41,178 bases of DNA from a virus (taxonomy: Duplodnaviria; Caudoviricetes), in the IMG/VR virus record IMGVR_UViG_3300048851_000199, positions 1 to 41,178 of that record. One strand, given 5' to 3'. The notes under the pieces were generated by a model. The model was not told the origin of the DNA. It ran no database searches and saw only the letters and a list, made by a program, of their open reading frames with translations. Every line of letters begins with the position of its first letter. The first letter of the stretch is position 1. The translations under genes and the position numbers were made by a program. Below are positions 15,344 through 24,657 of this stretch, piece after piece.

Positions 15344-15907
15344 GTGTCAACTGATCGTAGCAATCCGTTGGTGGAAAGCGCCGAGGGGGACGACGGCAGC
15401 GGCATCGTCTCCGGGATCCGGAATGCGATTGCGGAGGCCGGTCCGCTGCTGCCGTTGCGGGATGAGGAGCAGCTTTCGCTCCTAGCCGAAGAGACCGGCT
15501 CGGACCGCATCGGTAGCCAGCACGTGCAGTTCGCCACGCGGGGCCGCGGGCGTCCGAAGGGTGCGACGAACAAGCGCCAGGCGGACGTGCGGAACTATCT
15601 GCTGACACGCTACGCGCATCCGCTCGAGGTGCTTGCCCAGGTCTACTCGCGGCCGGTCGACGCTCTGGCGGCCGAACTTGGGTGCTCGCGGCGGGAGGCC
15701 GCACAGCTGCAGGTCCGGGCAGCCGCCGAGGTGGCACCGTTCGTCGAGGGCAAGATGCCGGTCGCGATCGATCTGACCACGCACGGCGACTTCAACCTGC
15801 TTATCCCGGGCGTGAACATCAGCGAGAGCGATGCGCGCTCGGCCGCCGACACGGGCGAAATCGCGTTCGCCGAATACGACGACGTGGATGGGGAGGCGGA
15901 AGGATGA
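15344..15907 (+). CDS. terS: Terminase small subunit (putative)
   Basis: RGRGRPKGATNKR and RAAAEVAPFVEGK motifs; GGAGG RBS before GTG 15344; lies upstream of terL. Confidence 0.75.
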   Translation: MSTDRSNPLVESAEGDDGSGIVSGIRNAIAEAGPLLPLRDEEQLSLLAEETGSDRIGSQHVQFATRGRGRPKGATNKRQADVRNYLLTRYAHPLEVLAQVYSRPVDALAAELGCSRREAAQLQVRAAAEVAPFVEGKMPVAIDLTTHGDFNLLIPGVNISESDARSAADTGEIAFAEYDDVDGEAEG

Positions 15908-16215
15908 GCATGCGGGGAACCGTTCGCGTCGCACTGACCGACCCGAAGCAATCAGATGCGGTTATCGCGGAGGGTCGGCACAAGTGGCTGTGCCAGGATT
16001 GGTCCTGCCCCATGCGCCACTTCTGCGCCCAGCATTTCGGCCTGTCCGAACGCTACGCGGCGATGCGAGAGCAGCGTGCCAGCGAGGCGCTGGTTTGCCC
16101 GTCGCGACGCGGTGAGCGGTGCGGGCACTTCCACCTCGCAGTTCGGGATCACTTCGCCGAGAGCCTTGGAGAAACGCGCGTGCTCCCGAATGTCGCAGAG
16201 ATCGGCCGCGCATGA
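15904..16215 (+). CDS. Small Cys-rich (possible Zn-binding) protein
   Basis: CQDWSCPMRHFC...CPSRRGERCGHF; ATGA overlaps at both ends. Confidence 0.7.
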   Translation: MSMRGTVRVALTDPKQSDAVIAEGRHKWLCQDWSCPMRHFCAQHFGLSERYAAMREQRASEALVCPSRRGERCGHFHLAVRDHFAESLGETRVLPNVAEIGRA

Positions 16216-17807
16216 TCACGGGCAAGCCTCGCGAGCTTAGGCCGATCGGCCCGGTGGCGGCCGGCTACGTGAACTCGCGGGCCGTCGTGAAGGGGATCAT
16301 GGGCCCGGTTGGATCTGGCAAGACGATCGCGAGCATCCAGAGCTTCATGCAGTTGGCCAAGCGGCAGAACCCCGTGGTCGATCGCAATGGGGTGAAGATC
16401 CGCAAGTCACGCTTCGCGATCATCCGCGACACCTATCCGAACTTGGACCGCAACACGATCCCGTCGTTCCACAAGATCGTGCCGAAGCACGTTGGCCGGT
16501 TCGTCAACTCGAGCCCGCGCACCCATCAGTTCAGCTTCGCGCTCGAGCGCGATGGGCACATCCTCGACGCCGCGGCCCCGATCACGGATCTGTGCCAGGT
16601 CGAGGTGGAGTTCCGCGCGATCGGCGACCAGACCGTGGAGGATGCCCTGCGCGGCCTCGAGGTGACGGCGGCCCTGGTGAACGAGGCGGACCGGACACAT
16701 CCGGACATCCTGACGTTCCTGATCGGCCGTATCGGCCGTTTCGGCGACGACTTCGATCCCTCGCTCGTCGTGGATCCGCAGATCATGCTCGATCTCAACG
16801 GCACCGATGACGAGAACTGGACCTACAAGGTGCTCATCGAGGAGAACCTTGGGGCGGACGCGACACTGGCCGAGCTCGCCGGCGACCGGCCGCTGGTTGA
16901 ATACTTCGAGCAGCCGGAGGCCGTCGACGAGTACGGCAACCTCAATCCCAGGGCCGAGAACGTCGCCAATCTGCGACCGGGCTACTATCAGCAGCAGTTC
17001 GCGTTCGCCAAGCGGCGCGGAAACATGACCTACATCAACCGCATGCTGCGGTCGAAATACACGCCGATCAGCGAGGGCCGGTCGGTCTTCCCCGAGTACA
17101 TCGACGAAATCCACTCGGCAGAGTTCGAGGCGATCCCGGGCGTGCCGCTGTTCATCATGGCCGACCAAGGACTGCTCGGGGCGGTGGCGATCGGGCAGGT
17201 CGTGCAGGGGCAGCTCCGGATCCTCGAGGAAGTCGGCGCCGTGTTCGAGACCGACGACGACCAGATCGAGGTGGTGCAGCTTGGCGGCGAGGCGCTGGGC
17301 AAGCAGGTCCGCCACCTGCTGCAGACGCGCTATCCCGGCTTCCGCATCGGCGATGCTGTCTGCGATCCGGCGGGCGCCGCCGGCGAGGGTGCAATCAACT
17401 TCCGGTCGTGGCGGCAGGACTTCCAGCGCGGTCTCGGCTTCAAGGTCCGCAAAGCGCGGGTGCCACGCAACGCGATCGAGCCGAGGCTCAAGGCAGTGCG
17501 CGAGCGGCTCAACCGCGTGATCGGCCCGGAGCGCTCGCTGCTGGTGCACAAGCGCTGCAAGATGATCCGCCGCGCCTTCCGCACCAAGTATTACTATCAA
17601 CGCGTCGGTAAAGGCGCAGGCGACGGATACTATTCGGAAGTTCCGAAGAAGGTTCAAGGCTACGCCGACTTGATGGATGCGGTTCAGTACGGCTGTTTTG
17701 AGTTGGAGAAGGGCCTCGATCTCTCTCCCGGTGCAAGTCACCTGCTCGGCCGCGGCGGACAGTCCATCCAGAACGACAGCGACTTCGATGTTTTCGCAGG
17801 AGGGTGA
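16212..17807 (+). CDS. terL: Terminase large subunit
   Basis: GIMGPVGSGKT, FAIIRDTYPNL, LRGLEVTAALVNEA; nuclease motifs ADQGL, CDPAG and DLMDAVQY. Confidence 0.93.
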   Translation: MITGKPRELRPIGPVAAGYVNSRAVVKGIMGPVGSGKTIASIQSFMQLAKRQNPVVDRNGVKIRKSRFAIIRDTYPNLDRNTIPSFHKIVPKHVGRFVNSSPRTHQFSFALERDGHILDAAAPITDLCQVEVEFRAIGDQTVEDALRGLEVTAALVNEADRTHPDILTFLIGRIGRFGDDFDPSLVVDPQIMLDLNGTDDENWTYKVLIEENLGADATLAELAGDRPLVEYFEQPEAVDEYGNLNPRAENVANLRPGYYQQQFAFAKRRGNMTYINRMLRSKYTPISEGRSVFPEYIDEIHSAEFEAIPGVPLFIMADQGLLGAVAIGQVVQGQLRILEEVGAVFETDDDQIEVVQLGGEALGKQVRHLLQTRYPGFRIGDAVCDPAGAAGEGAINFRSWRQDFQRGLGFKVRKARVPRNAIEPRLKAVRERLNRVIGPERSLLVHKRCKMIRRAFRTKYYYQRVGKGAGDGYYSEVPKKVQGYADLMDAVQYGCFELEKGLDLSPGASHLLGRGGQSIQNDSDFDVFAGG

Positions 17808-17809
17808 GC

Positions 17810-18055
17810 ATGAGTTTTCTAGGCAAAGTGGGGAAGTTTCTGACCGGCGGGATCGTCGGCGGGCTGCTCGGCCTCACGAAGAAGAAGACGCAGAAGGCCC
17901 TGCCGGCGCCGACGCGCGACGATGCGGAGCAGCAGGCGATCGCCGACGACGAACTGCGCCGGCGGCGCGGGGCGTCGGCCGACATGCTCACCGGCACGGC
18001 CGGGGCGGAGGCCGCACTGGGCGCGACCGGCAAGTTCAATCCCACGGGTAGCTGA
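17810..18055 (+). CDS. Small pre-portal virion-associated protein
   Basis: RRRRGASADMLTG motif typical of the small gene before the portal in this phage type. Confidence 0.75.
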   Translation: MSFLGKVGKFLTGGIVGGLLGLTKKKTQKALPAPTRDDAEQQAIADDELRRRRGASADMLTGTAGAEAALGATGKFNPTGS

Positions 18056-18072
18056 GAAGGAAGGAAGATAAC

Positions 18073-18972
18073 ATGACAGAGAAATTAGCCAAGATCGCAG
18101 GTGCAAGTGGCGGCATCCTCATGATTGCGATGCTCTGCCACGAGGTGAACGCCGCATACTGCCGCTCCTTGGGGGATGACAGTCAACCGCCTTGGGATGC
18201 CGCCCCTGAGTGGCAGCGCACGTCCGCCGTCAACGGGGTGCTGTTCCATCTGGCCAACCCCGATGCCGGGGACAGCGCGTCGCACGATAACTGGATGGCC
18301 GAAAAACTCGCTGACGGGTGGAAGTTCGGCGAGACCAAGGATCCCGAGAAGAAGCTCCACCCATGCCTCGTCCCGTTCGATCAGCTGCCATCCGAGCAGC
18401 AGCTCAAAGACACCCTGTTCCGCACGATCGTGCACGGGGCAAAGGCACTGGCGCTCGGCTTCGACCAGCTCGACGCGGCCAAGGATCTGAATAAGCTCCT
18501 GTACGACGAGATCGGCAGCCTCAAGCGCCAGCTAGCCGGCCACAAGGGGCAGGCGACCAAGACCCGCCACGAACTTGATGCCGCCCAGGCCGAGCTGGCC
18601 GCGCGGCCGCCGGGGGCGAAAGCGCGCGATGTCGGCGAGTTCGAGGGCGGTCTTACCGGCTCGCGCCTGTACGAGCTGGCGGTCGCCGCCGCCGACGTCG
18701 AGGTGGTCGCCACCGACGGCGCGCGTGAGGTGCTTGGCATTCCGCCCTTGCCGGTCACGGCATCGGAATGGCGGATCGTGAACGATCGCCTGGCGCTCGC
18801 CCCGGAGAAACGCTTCGAGGTGCTTGGCCCGCAGCCAGGTGGCGAGCCGTTCAGGGTGGCCGGGTATGCGCTGTTCGTCGACGGCGAGCTCGCGGCGACG
18901 AGCCTGCGCGATCCGCAGCACGCGATCGGTGCGGGCCAGACCTTCAACCTCGCCGGCGATGTCGCTTTCTGA
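18073..18972 (+). CDS. RyR-domain protein fused to a coiled coil and a beta-rich C-terminal domain
   Basis: CHEVNAAYC...PPWDAAPEWQR...SHDNWMAEKLADGWKFGETKDPEKKLHPCLVPFDQLPSEQQLKD is the RyR repeat signature. Confidence 0.85.
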   Translation: MTEKLAKIAGASGGILMIAMLCHEVNAAYCRSLGDDSQPPWDAAPEWQRTSAVNGVLFHLANPDAGDSASHDNWMAEKLADGWKFGETKDPEKKLHPCLVPFDQLPSEQQLKDTLFRTIVHGAKALALGFDQLDAAKDLNKLLYDEIGSLKRQLAGHKGQATKTRHELDAAQAELAARPPGAKARDVGEFEGGLTGSRLYELAVAAADVEVVATDGAREVLGIPPLPVTASEWRIVNDRLALAPEKRFEVLGPQPGGEPFRVAGYALFVDGELAATSLRDPQHAIGAGQTFNLAGDVAF

Positions 18973-18986
18973 GCAGGCCGGACGCT

Positions 18987-19016
18987 CCCGCCGGGCCGCT
19001 CGCGCGGTTCGGCGGG
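18987..19016 (+). other. 13-bp GC-rich RNA hairpin before the portal gene
   Basis: CCCGCCGGGCCGC-TCGC-GCGGTTCGGCGGG with two G-U pairs; no U tract. Confidence 0.5.
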
Positions 19017-19051
19017 GCACCCACTCCCCCACATTCCAGGATGCAGCGACG

Positions 19052-20713
19052 ATGCAGGACTTGACGCTCGACAAGATGCAAGACGAGGATCTGGCGCGCG
19101 CCGACCTGCGGGACTTCGACCGCCTGCAGCAGATGCGGCAGCCGTGGGAAAGCACCTGGCGCGAGATCGATGAGCTGTTCCCGAACGGCGCCGGCGGCTT
19201 CGACCAGTCGACGCCCGGCGCAATCCGGGGCGCGCGCAACTACGACACCACGCACATCACCGCCTTGAAGCGGTTTGCGGCCGCCGGGGTGGCAATCACG
19301 ACGCCGGAAGAAAGCCAGTACATCCGGCCCAAGTTCCTCGACCCGGATCTGATGAAGCTGCGGTCGGTCGCGCTGTGGTGTGAGCGGGCCGGTGCGCGGC
19401 TCTACGCCATGCGCCACGCAGTCAGCACCGGGTTCGGTGTCGCGGCCAATGAGGACTGGGACCAGCTGGGGCGCTACGGCACCTCGCCCATGTTCACCGA
19501 TGGCCGACCAGGTCGCGGTATGAGCTATCGTGCCCTGCACCTCTCGGAAGTCTACATCGACGTCGACTATGCGGGCCGCGTCGACACGGTGCATCGCCTC
19601 TATGAGCGGACCGCGCGCCAGCTGGAAGAGGAGTTCGGGCTCGATGCCCTGACGCCCAACATGCGCGACGCGCTGCGGCCGGGCAGCAACCAGGAACACA
19701 AGAAGTTCGAGATCCTGCACGTGATCGCGCCGAACCGCGCCTGGGATGCCGACAAGCTCGACTGGCGGCGCATGCCGTTCGCGAGCCGATACCTGGCACG
19801 CGCCGAGAAGATCTACCTGCGGCGTGGCGGCTACCACTCGATGCCGATCGCGGTGTCGCGTCACGCGACCAGCGCCGGCGAGATCTACGGCCGGTCGCCG
19901 GCGATCGACCAGCTACCGACGATCAAGGGCCTGCAGGCGATGCGCGGCACGACGCTGCGCGCGGCGCACAAGGCGGTGGATCCGGCACTGATCTTCAACA
20001 ACGACGCGGGGGTGACAAAGCTGGTCACCCGCGCCGGCGGGCTCAATCCGGGGCTCGTCGACGACGCCGGCAACCCCATGGTGCACCGCATGCCGGGCGG
20101 CGAGGACGGCCTGCCGTTCGCGGTGGACATGATCGACCAGGAGCGCCTGGTGATCAGGACCGAGTTCCTGGAGGAATTCTACAAGATCCTCACCGATCCC
20201 AACTCGCGCATGACGACGACGGAAGTGCTCGAGGTGATGGCCAAGCAAGGCGTGCTCGTCCGCCCTTACGCGAGCCGGTACGCGACCGAGAAGCAAGATC
20301 CGATGTCACAGCGCGAGCTCGACCTGGCGTTGCGGAATAACCAGTTGGAGCCGCTACCTCCCGAAGTGATCGAGGCCGGCGCCTGGCCGAAGATCGAGTA
20401 CGAAAACCCGCTAGCGGCAATGGCGCGCGCGGAGAGCACGGCGAAGACGCTGCGCTACGTGCAGACGTTGCCGGTGCTGGCCGAGTTCGATCCCAACGTG
20501 CGCCACCGCGTCGATGCCGACGCGATCGCGGTGGGCATGGCCGAGGAAATGGGGGTGAAGCCCAGCTATCTGCGCAGCGACGAAGCCGTGGCCAAGTTGG
20601 TGGCCGGCGCCGCCGAGCAGCAGCAGAACGCGCTCGACGCGGAGCATCTGCAGCAGGTGTCGGGTGCGACGCTCGACCTGGCCAAGGCCGGCCAGATCTC
20701 CGAGGCGGCCTAA
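19052..20713 (+). CDS. Portal / head-to-tail connector (podovirus type)
   Basis: RQPWESTWREI, GEIYGRSPA, RMTTTEV and IEYENPLAAM; about 553 aa. Confidence 0.92.
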   Translation: MQDLTLDKMQDEDLARADLRDFDRLQQMRQPWESTWREIDELFPNGAGGFDQSTPGAIRGARNYDTTHITALKRFAAAGVAITTPEESQYIRPKFLDPDLMKLRSVALWCERAGARLYAMRHAVSTGFGVAANEDWDQLGRYGTSPMFTDGRPGRGMSYRALHLSEVYIDVDYAGRVDTVHRLYERTARQLEEEFGLDALTPNMRDALRPGSNQEHKKFEILHVIAPNRAWDADKLDWRRMPFASRYLARAEKIYLRRGGYHSMPIAVSRHATSAGEIYGRSPAIDQLPTIKGLQAMRGTTLRAAHKAVDPALIFNNDAGVTKLVTRAGGLNPGLVDDAGNPMVHRMPGGEDGLPFAVDMIDQERLVIRTEFLEEFYKILTDPNSRMTTTEVLEVMAKQGVLVRPYASRYATEKQDPMSQRELDLALRNNQLEPLPPEVIEAGAWPKIEYENPLAAMARAESTAKTLRYVQTLPVLAEFDPNVRHRVDADAIAVGMAEEMGVKPSYLRSDEAVAKLVAGAAEQQQNALDAEHLQQVSGATLDLAKAGQISEAA

Positions 20714-21045
20714 TGCTCGAACAGCGCAACATGCTGCGCCGGCGCGCCATCAAGCTCTCGAAGTATTTCCAATGGTTGTTCATCACGGCGTTTGTTCCGA
20801 AGCGCAAGTTCTGGCGCTGGCTGTTCGGTGACGATGAAGGAAAGCTGAGCGTGCCGGGAGAATATGTTCTCGCCGACTTGCGCGAGTTCAGTTTCGCAGG
20901 CGCGCACCAGACGTGTTTCCACAACGATCCCGTCGTGATGGCGCGGCGCCTGGGGCGGCGCGAGGTCTTCGACCGGATCATTCATTACCTCAATCTGGAC
21001 GAGGCGACGGTCCAGACACTCATGGAGATCGACGATGGCATTTGA
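20713..21045 (+). CDS. Bbp19-like phage protein
   Basis: GEYVLADLREF...DPVVMARRLGRREVFDRI; lies between portal and scaffold. Confidence 0.8.
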   Translation: MLEQRNMLRRRAIKLSKYFQWLFITAFVPKRKFWRWLFGDDEGKLSVPGEYVLADLREFSFAGAHQTCFHNDPVVMARRLGRREVFDRIIHYLNLDEATVQTLMEIDDGI

Positions 21046-22036
21046 AGGTGAGGGCGGCGCTGCGGGCGCCGGTGCGGGCGGTGAAGGTGGTTCGTTCGGC
21101 GGCGCGGCTGATCTGCTCGGCGGTTCGCCAGGCGGGGCTGGCGGCGAGCAGGGCGGTGGCGCCGGCGGCGGCGCAGAAGGCCAGGGCGGCGAAGGCCAGG
21201 GCGGCGCGGGCGGCGAGGCCGCCGGTGGGCCGGATCCGGACTGGTACCAGCAGGTCTCGGCCGACACGAGCGAAGGCGAGAAGGCGAGCCTGCGCGACTG
21301 GGTGAAATCGCTGGGGGTCAAGGATCTGACCGGCCTCGCCAAAGTCGCCCGAGACAACCAGGCGGCGCTTCGCGAAAGCGGCCGGATCAAGGTGCCCGGC
21401 GAGGGCGCGAGCGCGGAGGAGGTTTCCGGCTTCCGCAAGGCGATCGGCGTGCCCGACACGGCTGAGGGCTATACCCTGCCCGAGGTGAAGGACGAAGCCG
21501 GTAAAGTCATCGAGCTCGACAAGGGGCTGCTCGGCAAGCTGGTGCCGGACGCCCACGCGCTCGGCGTTCCGAAGGCCGCGTTCGAGGGCCTGGTCAGCAA
21601 GTTCGTCGAGCATCAGCAGGCCGAGTTCGCGGACTTCGAGGCGCAGAAGAAGTCCGAGGCGCAGGAGTGGTTCAAGAAACAGGGCGACCAGGGCAACGCC
21701 AAGCTGGCGGCCGTCGACGCGGCCGGGCGCGCGCTCGGGCTCTCGAGCGAGGAGATGATCACCATGCGCAATGCGCTCGGCGGCGGTCGGGCGATGGAGA
21801 TCATGGCACGGCTCGGCGAGGGCATGGCCGAGGACGTGATGCTGACCGGCGGCAAGGGCCGGTTCGGGGTCACGGGGCGCGAAGCGCAGGCCGAACTGGA
21901 TACGATGAAGTCGAAGGTAAGGACCGATCCGGTGTTCGCGCAGGCGGTGCGGACGAAGGGCTCGCCCGAAAATCTGCGCTGGAACCGGCTTAACGACCAG
22001 GCCGCGGCGCATGCCGGCGAACAACCCTCGCTGTGA
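21035..22036 (+). CDS. Capsid assembly scaffolding protein
   Basis: Gly/Glu-rich N-terminus, KVPGEGAS..E...FRKAIGVPDTAEGY, helical acidic body; precedes the capsid gene. Confidence 0.8.
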   Translation: MAFEGEGGAAGAGAGGEGGSFGGAADLLGGSPGGAGGEQGGGAGGGAEGQGGEGQGGAGGEAAGGPDPDWYQQVSADTSEGEKASLRDWVKSLGVKDLTGLAKVARDNQAALRESGRIKVPGEGASAEEVSGFRKAIGVPDTAEGYTLPEVKDEAGKVIELDKGLLGKLVPDAHALGVPKAAFEGLVSKFVEHQQAEFADFEAQKKSEAQEWFKKQGDQGNAKLAAVDAAGRALGLSSEEMITMRNALGGGRAMEIMARLGEGMAEDVMLTGGKGRFGVTGREAQAELDTMKSKVRTDPVFAQAVRTKGSPENLRWNRLNDQAAAHAGEQPSL

Positions 22037-22049
22037 TCAACAATCCAGC

Positions 22050-22078
22050 TTGACAGGCAAGTCGCGACGACTCATTTT
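22050..22078 (+). promoter_or_regulatory. Sigma70-like promoter upstream of the capsid gene
   Basis: TTGACA-N17-CATTTT, about 220 bp before the capsid ATG. Confidence 0.55.
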
Positions 22079-22299
22079 CACGGCCAATCGAACGCGGGGG
22101 TGCAGGTCTCGACAACCGGCCCCCGCAAGTAGGTCAGTCCTGGCTTAGCCGAGCGTCCTTCCGGACCAGTCGCCCCGGGCCCAGCTGAGGTTCAGCCGCG
22201 CAACCGTCGCGTCGTAACGGTAGAGAGGCCGGGCCGTAGCGCCCCTTAGCCCTTCGCAAGCAAATCGGTTTTCCACCTTTTTGAGCGGAAGGGCACGCG

Positions 22300-23217
22300 A
22301 TGACGTCCGTCGAAAACACATTCCAGACCAAGTACAAGAACAACCTCGAGATGGAGCTCCAGCTCTATTCGAACCCGCTCGAAGACGCTGTCACCGTCCA
22401 GGAGGACGCAAGCGCCGAGCTGATCAAGATCAAGGATATCGCCGGCAACAAGCAGGCGCAGGAAGACAATGAGCGCGGCGGCGACACCAAGTGGAACGAG
22501 ACGCCCTATGACGGCGTGTTCCTGGCCAAGCCGAACGAGCTCTACGACGCGGAGATCGTCGAGAACTCCGACAAGCTGTCGACCGCGATCGATCTGGAAG
22601 GCACCGCAGTGAAGGGCGGCGCCGCGGTGGTGACCCGTGCGCGCGTGCAGCGCATCCTCGAGGGCTTCTTCTCGCCGATCCAGTCGGGCCGCAAGGGCAC
22701 GGTGCTGACGCCGTTCCCCAACGCCAACTTCATCGACGTGAACGCCGGTGCCGCCGGTCCGAGCCGCATGAACACCGAAAAGCTGATCAAGGCCGGCGAA
22801 TTCCTCGACGCCAGCTACGTCGATCAGTCGCTGCCGCGCTTCATGGTGCTCGACACGCAGGACAACAGCGCGCTGCTGCGCGAGGTGCCGGCGACGAGCT
22901 CGGACTTCAAGGGCGCCTACGGTGGCGAATTCAACAACGGCCGCATCACGCGGATGCTCGGGTGGACGTTTATCCACCTGCAGCTCGAAAACCCGCTGCT
23001 CAAGGTCAAGGACCTCTACACCGACGCCAATGGCTACCGGCTCAATCCGTTCTGGGTCAAGCCGGGCGTTGTGCTGAACTACTGGCAGCGCCTGCGCACC
23101 GAAGTCGGCAAGATCCCGGAGAAGCGGTTCATGCCGGGCTACCTGGCGGGCACGACCTGCGCGGCGACCCGTACCCAGGCCGGCATGTCCGGCGCCATCC
23201 GCAACCAAAAGGGCTGA
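22300..23217 (+). CDS. Major capsid protein
   Basis: 305 aa with strong codon bias; LLREVPATSSDF...NGRITRMLGWTFI and CAATR motifs of BPP-1-type capsids. Confidence 0.88.
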   Translation: MTSVENTFQTKYKNNLEMELQLYSNPLEDAVTVQEDASAELIKIKDIAGNKQAQEDNERGGDTKWNETPYDGVFLAKPNELYDAEIVENSDKLSTAIDLEGTAVKGGAAVVTRARVQRILEGFFSPIQSGRKGTVLTPFPNANFIDVNAGAAGPSRMNTEKLIKAGEFLDASYVDQSLPRFMVLDTQDNSALLREVPATSSDFKGAYGGEFNNGRITRMLGWTFIHLQLENPLLKVKDLYTDANGYRLNPFWVKPGVVLNYWQRLRTEVGKIPEKRFMPGYLAGTTCAATRTQAGMSGAIRNQKG

Positions 23218-23280
23218 CCTGGCGGCGCTGGGAGCTCCGGTTCCTGGCCTCCGACTATCCGTTAAACGGAGTAACACGAA

Positions 23281-23721
23281 ATGGCTAAGCTCTATGCAAA
23301 GCAGCAGGTGGGCGTCCTCGACGGTTCGCAGAAGCCTCCGCGCCAGGCCGATGGCCACGAGGTCAACGGCACCAAGCGCAGCCTGCTTGCGACCAAGGTC
23401 ACGGGCACCAACTGGGCGATCGGCGACCAGGTCTCGCTGGGGAAGATCCCGAGCGGCCGCAAGGTGGTGGGCGTGCGGTGCTGCAGCGACACCAGCCTCG
23501 GCACTTCGACCGTCTCGATCGGCACCGCCGCAGACCCGGTCAAGTACGTCAACGCCAAGACCTTTACCACCGTGGACGCCCCGGGCCTTCTGGGCCCGAA
23601 GGCGAGCGCGATGGCCCTCGACCCGACCACCGTCGAGGAAGAGATCCTGGCGACGATCGGCGTGGCCGCGGTTCCGGGCGCCGTCGTGCTGACTTTCGAG
23701 ATCGAGACGTCCGGCATCTGA
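23281..23721 (+). CDS. Capsid decoration/cement-like protein
   Basis: Beta-rich 146 aa directly after the capsid gene; GDQVSLGKIPSG motif. Confidence 0.65.
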   Translation: MAKLYAKQQVGVLDGSQKPPRQADGHEVNGTKRSLLATKVTGTNWAIGDQVSLGKIPSGRKVVGVRCCSDTSLGTSTVSIGTAADPVKYVNAKTFTTVDAPGLLGPKASAMALDPTTVEEEILATIGVAAVPGAVVLTFEIETSGI

Positions 23722-23766
23722 TCCGACGTCCATAAATCGCGCGCCCGATGTCTTTCTGGGCCGCGA

Positions 23767-23812
23767 GCGGGGGCGTCGCCCGCGTCGACACCGATCGACG
23801 TCCCCGTTTTCC
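23767..23812 (+). terminator. Possible intrinsic terminator after the head genes
   Basis: GCGGGGGCGTCG...CGACGTCCCCGT followed by a short T run. Confidence 0.45.
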
Positions 23813-23832
23813 CCTGCTGCAGGAGCTAGGCG

Positions 23833-24033
23833 ATGGCATTCACGGCGAAATTCACGGCGGTTCGCGGCAAGCCCTCGCTGGGCGATATCGCGATCGGTGC
23901 CGGCACGGCCGAGGCCGGCCGCGACGTCATCAGCCTCAACATCGACGCCGACAAGATCTCCAAGGGTGAGGCGCTGGTGCTGATCGACAGCCTCAAGCAG
24001 GCCGTCCACGCCACCAGGTGGCCGGTCAACTAG
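23833..24033 (+). CDS. Hypothetical 66-aa protein
   Basis: AGGAG RBS; good codon usage. Confidence 0.75.
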   Translation: MAFTAKFTAVRGKPSLGDIAIGAGTAEAGRDVISLNIDADKISKGEALVLIDSLKQAVHATRWPVN

Positions 24034-24048
24034 GCCGGCGCACGCGGG

Positions 24049-24657
24049 ATGGCCGACGAAACACAGATCGCGAACATCGCGCTGACCCTGATGGGGCAGC
24101 CGCGCGTGCTCTCGATCGACGACGATCGCGCCAGCGCCCGCACTCTCAAGGCGGTATGGGATACCGAACGCCAGTCCGCGATCCGGGAGGGCAGCTGGAA
24201 CTTCGCGACCAGGCGCGCGGGCCTAGCCGCCAAACCCAGCTTCGTGTCCTACCCGTTCAAGTTCGGCTACCCTTTGCCGGCCGACTGCCTGCGCCTGCTC
24301 GAGGTGCTCGATTTCGATTACACGGAGTGGCAGAACGAAGGCGGGGCGATCCTGTGCGATCGTTCCGGGCCGGTCTACATCCGTTACCTGCGCGACGTGC
24401 CGGAGATGGCCGAGTGGGATGCGGCCGCCGTGGCCGCGTTCGCGCGACGCCTGGCGCTGCTGTGTGGTGACAAGATCGCGGGGTCCGCGTTTGACGCGGC
24501 CGGGGTCGAGCGCAGCTACGAACGTCTGATCGCGGGCGCCAAATCGACCGACGCGATGGAGAACCCACCCATCGAGCAGGCCGAGAGTGGCTGGATCCTT
24601 GCACGCGGCGGGGGCGGGCGCGTGCCGATCGGCACGCCGGGCTGGGAAATATGGTAG
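24049..24657 (+). CDS. Tail tubular protein A (adaptor)
   Basis: IANIALTLMG, WNFATRR and YPLPADCLRL. Confidence 0.88.
   Translation: MADETQIANIALTLMGQPRVLSIDDDRASARTLKAVWDTERQSAIREGSWNFATRRAGLAAKPSFVSYPFKFGYPLPADCLRLLEVLDFDYTEWQNEGGAILCDRSGPVYIRYLRDVPEMAEWDAAAVAAFARRLALLCGDKIAGSAFDAAGVERSYERLIAGAKSTDAMENPPIEQAESGWILARGGGGRVPIGTPGWEIW

Noticed and set aside
21050-21230. GGC-rich quasi-repeats
   Set aside because: Explained by the Gly/Ala/Glu low-complexity N-terminus of the scaffold protein
23200-23288. Programmed -1 frameshift at the capsid end (AAC CAA AAG GGC TGA)
   Set aside because: Not a proper X XXY YYZ heptamer, and the -1 frame stops at 23288 after ~25 codons without fusing to the next gene
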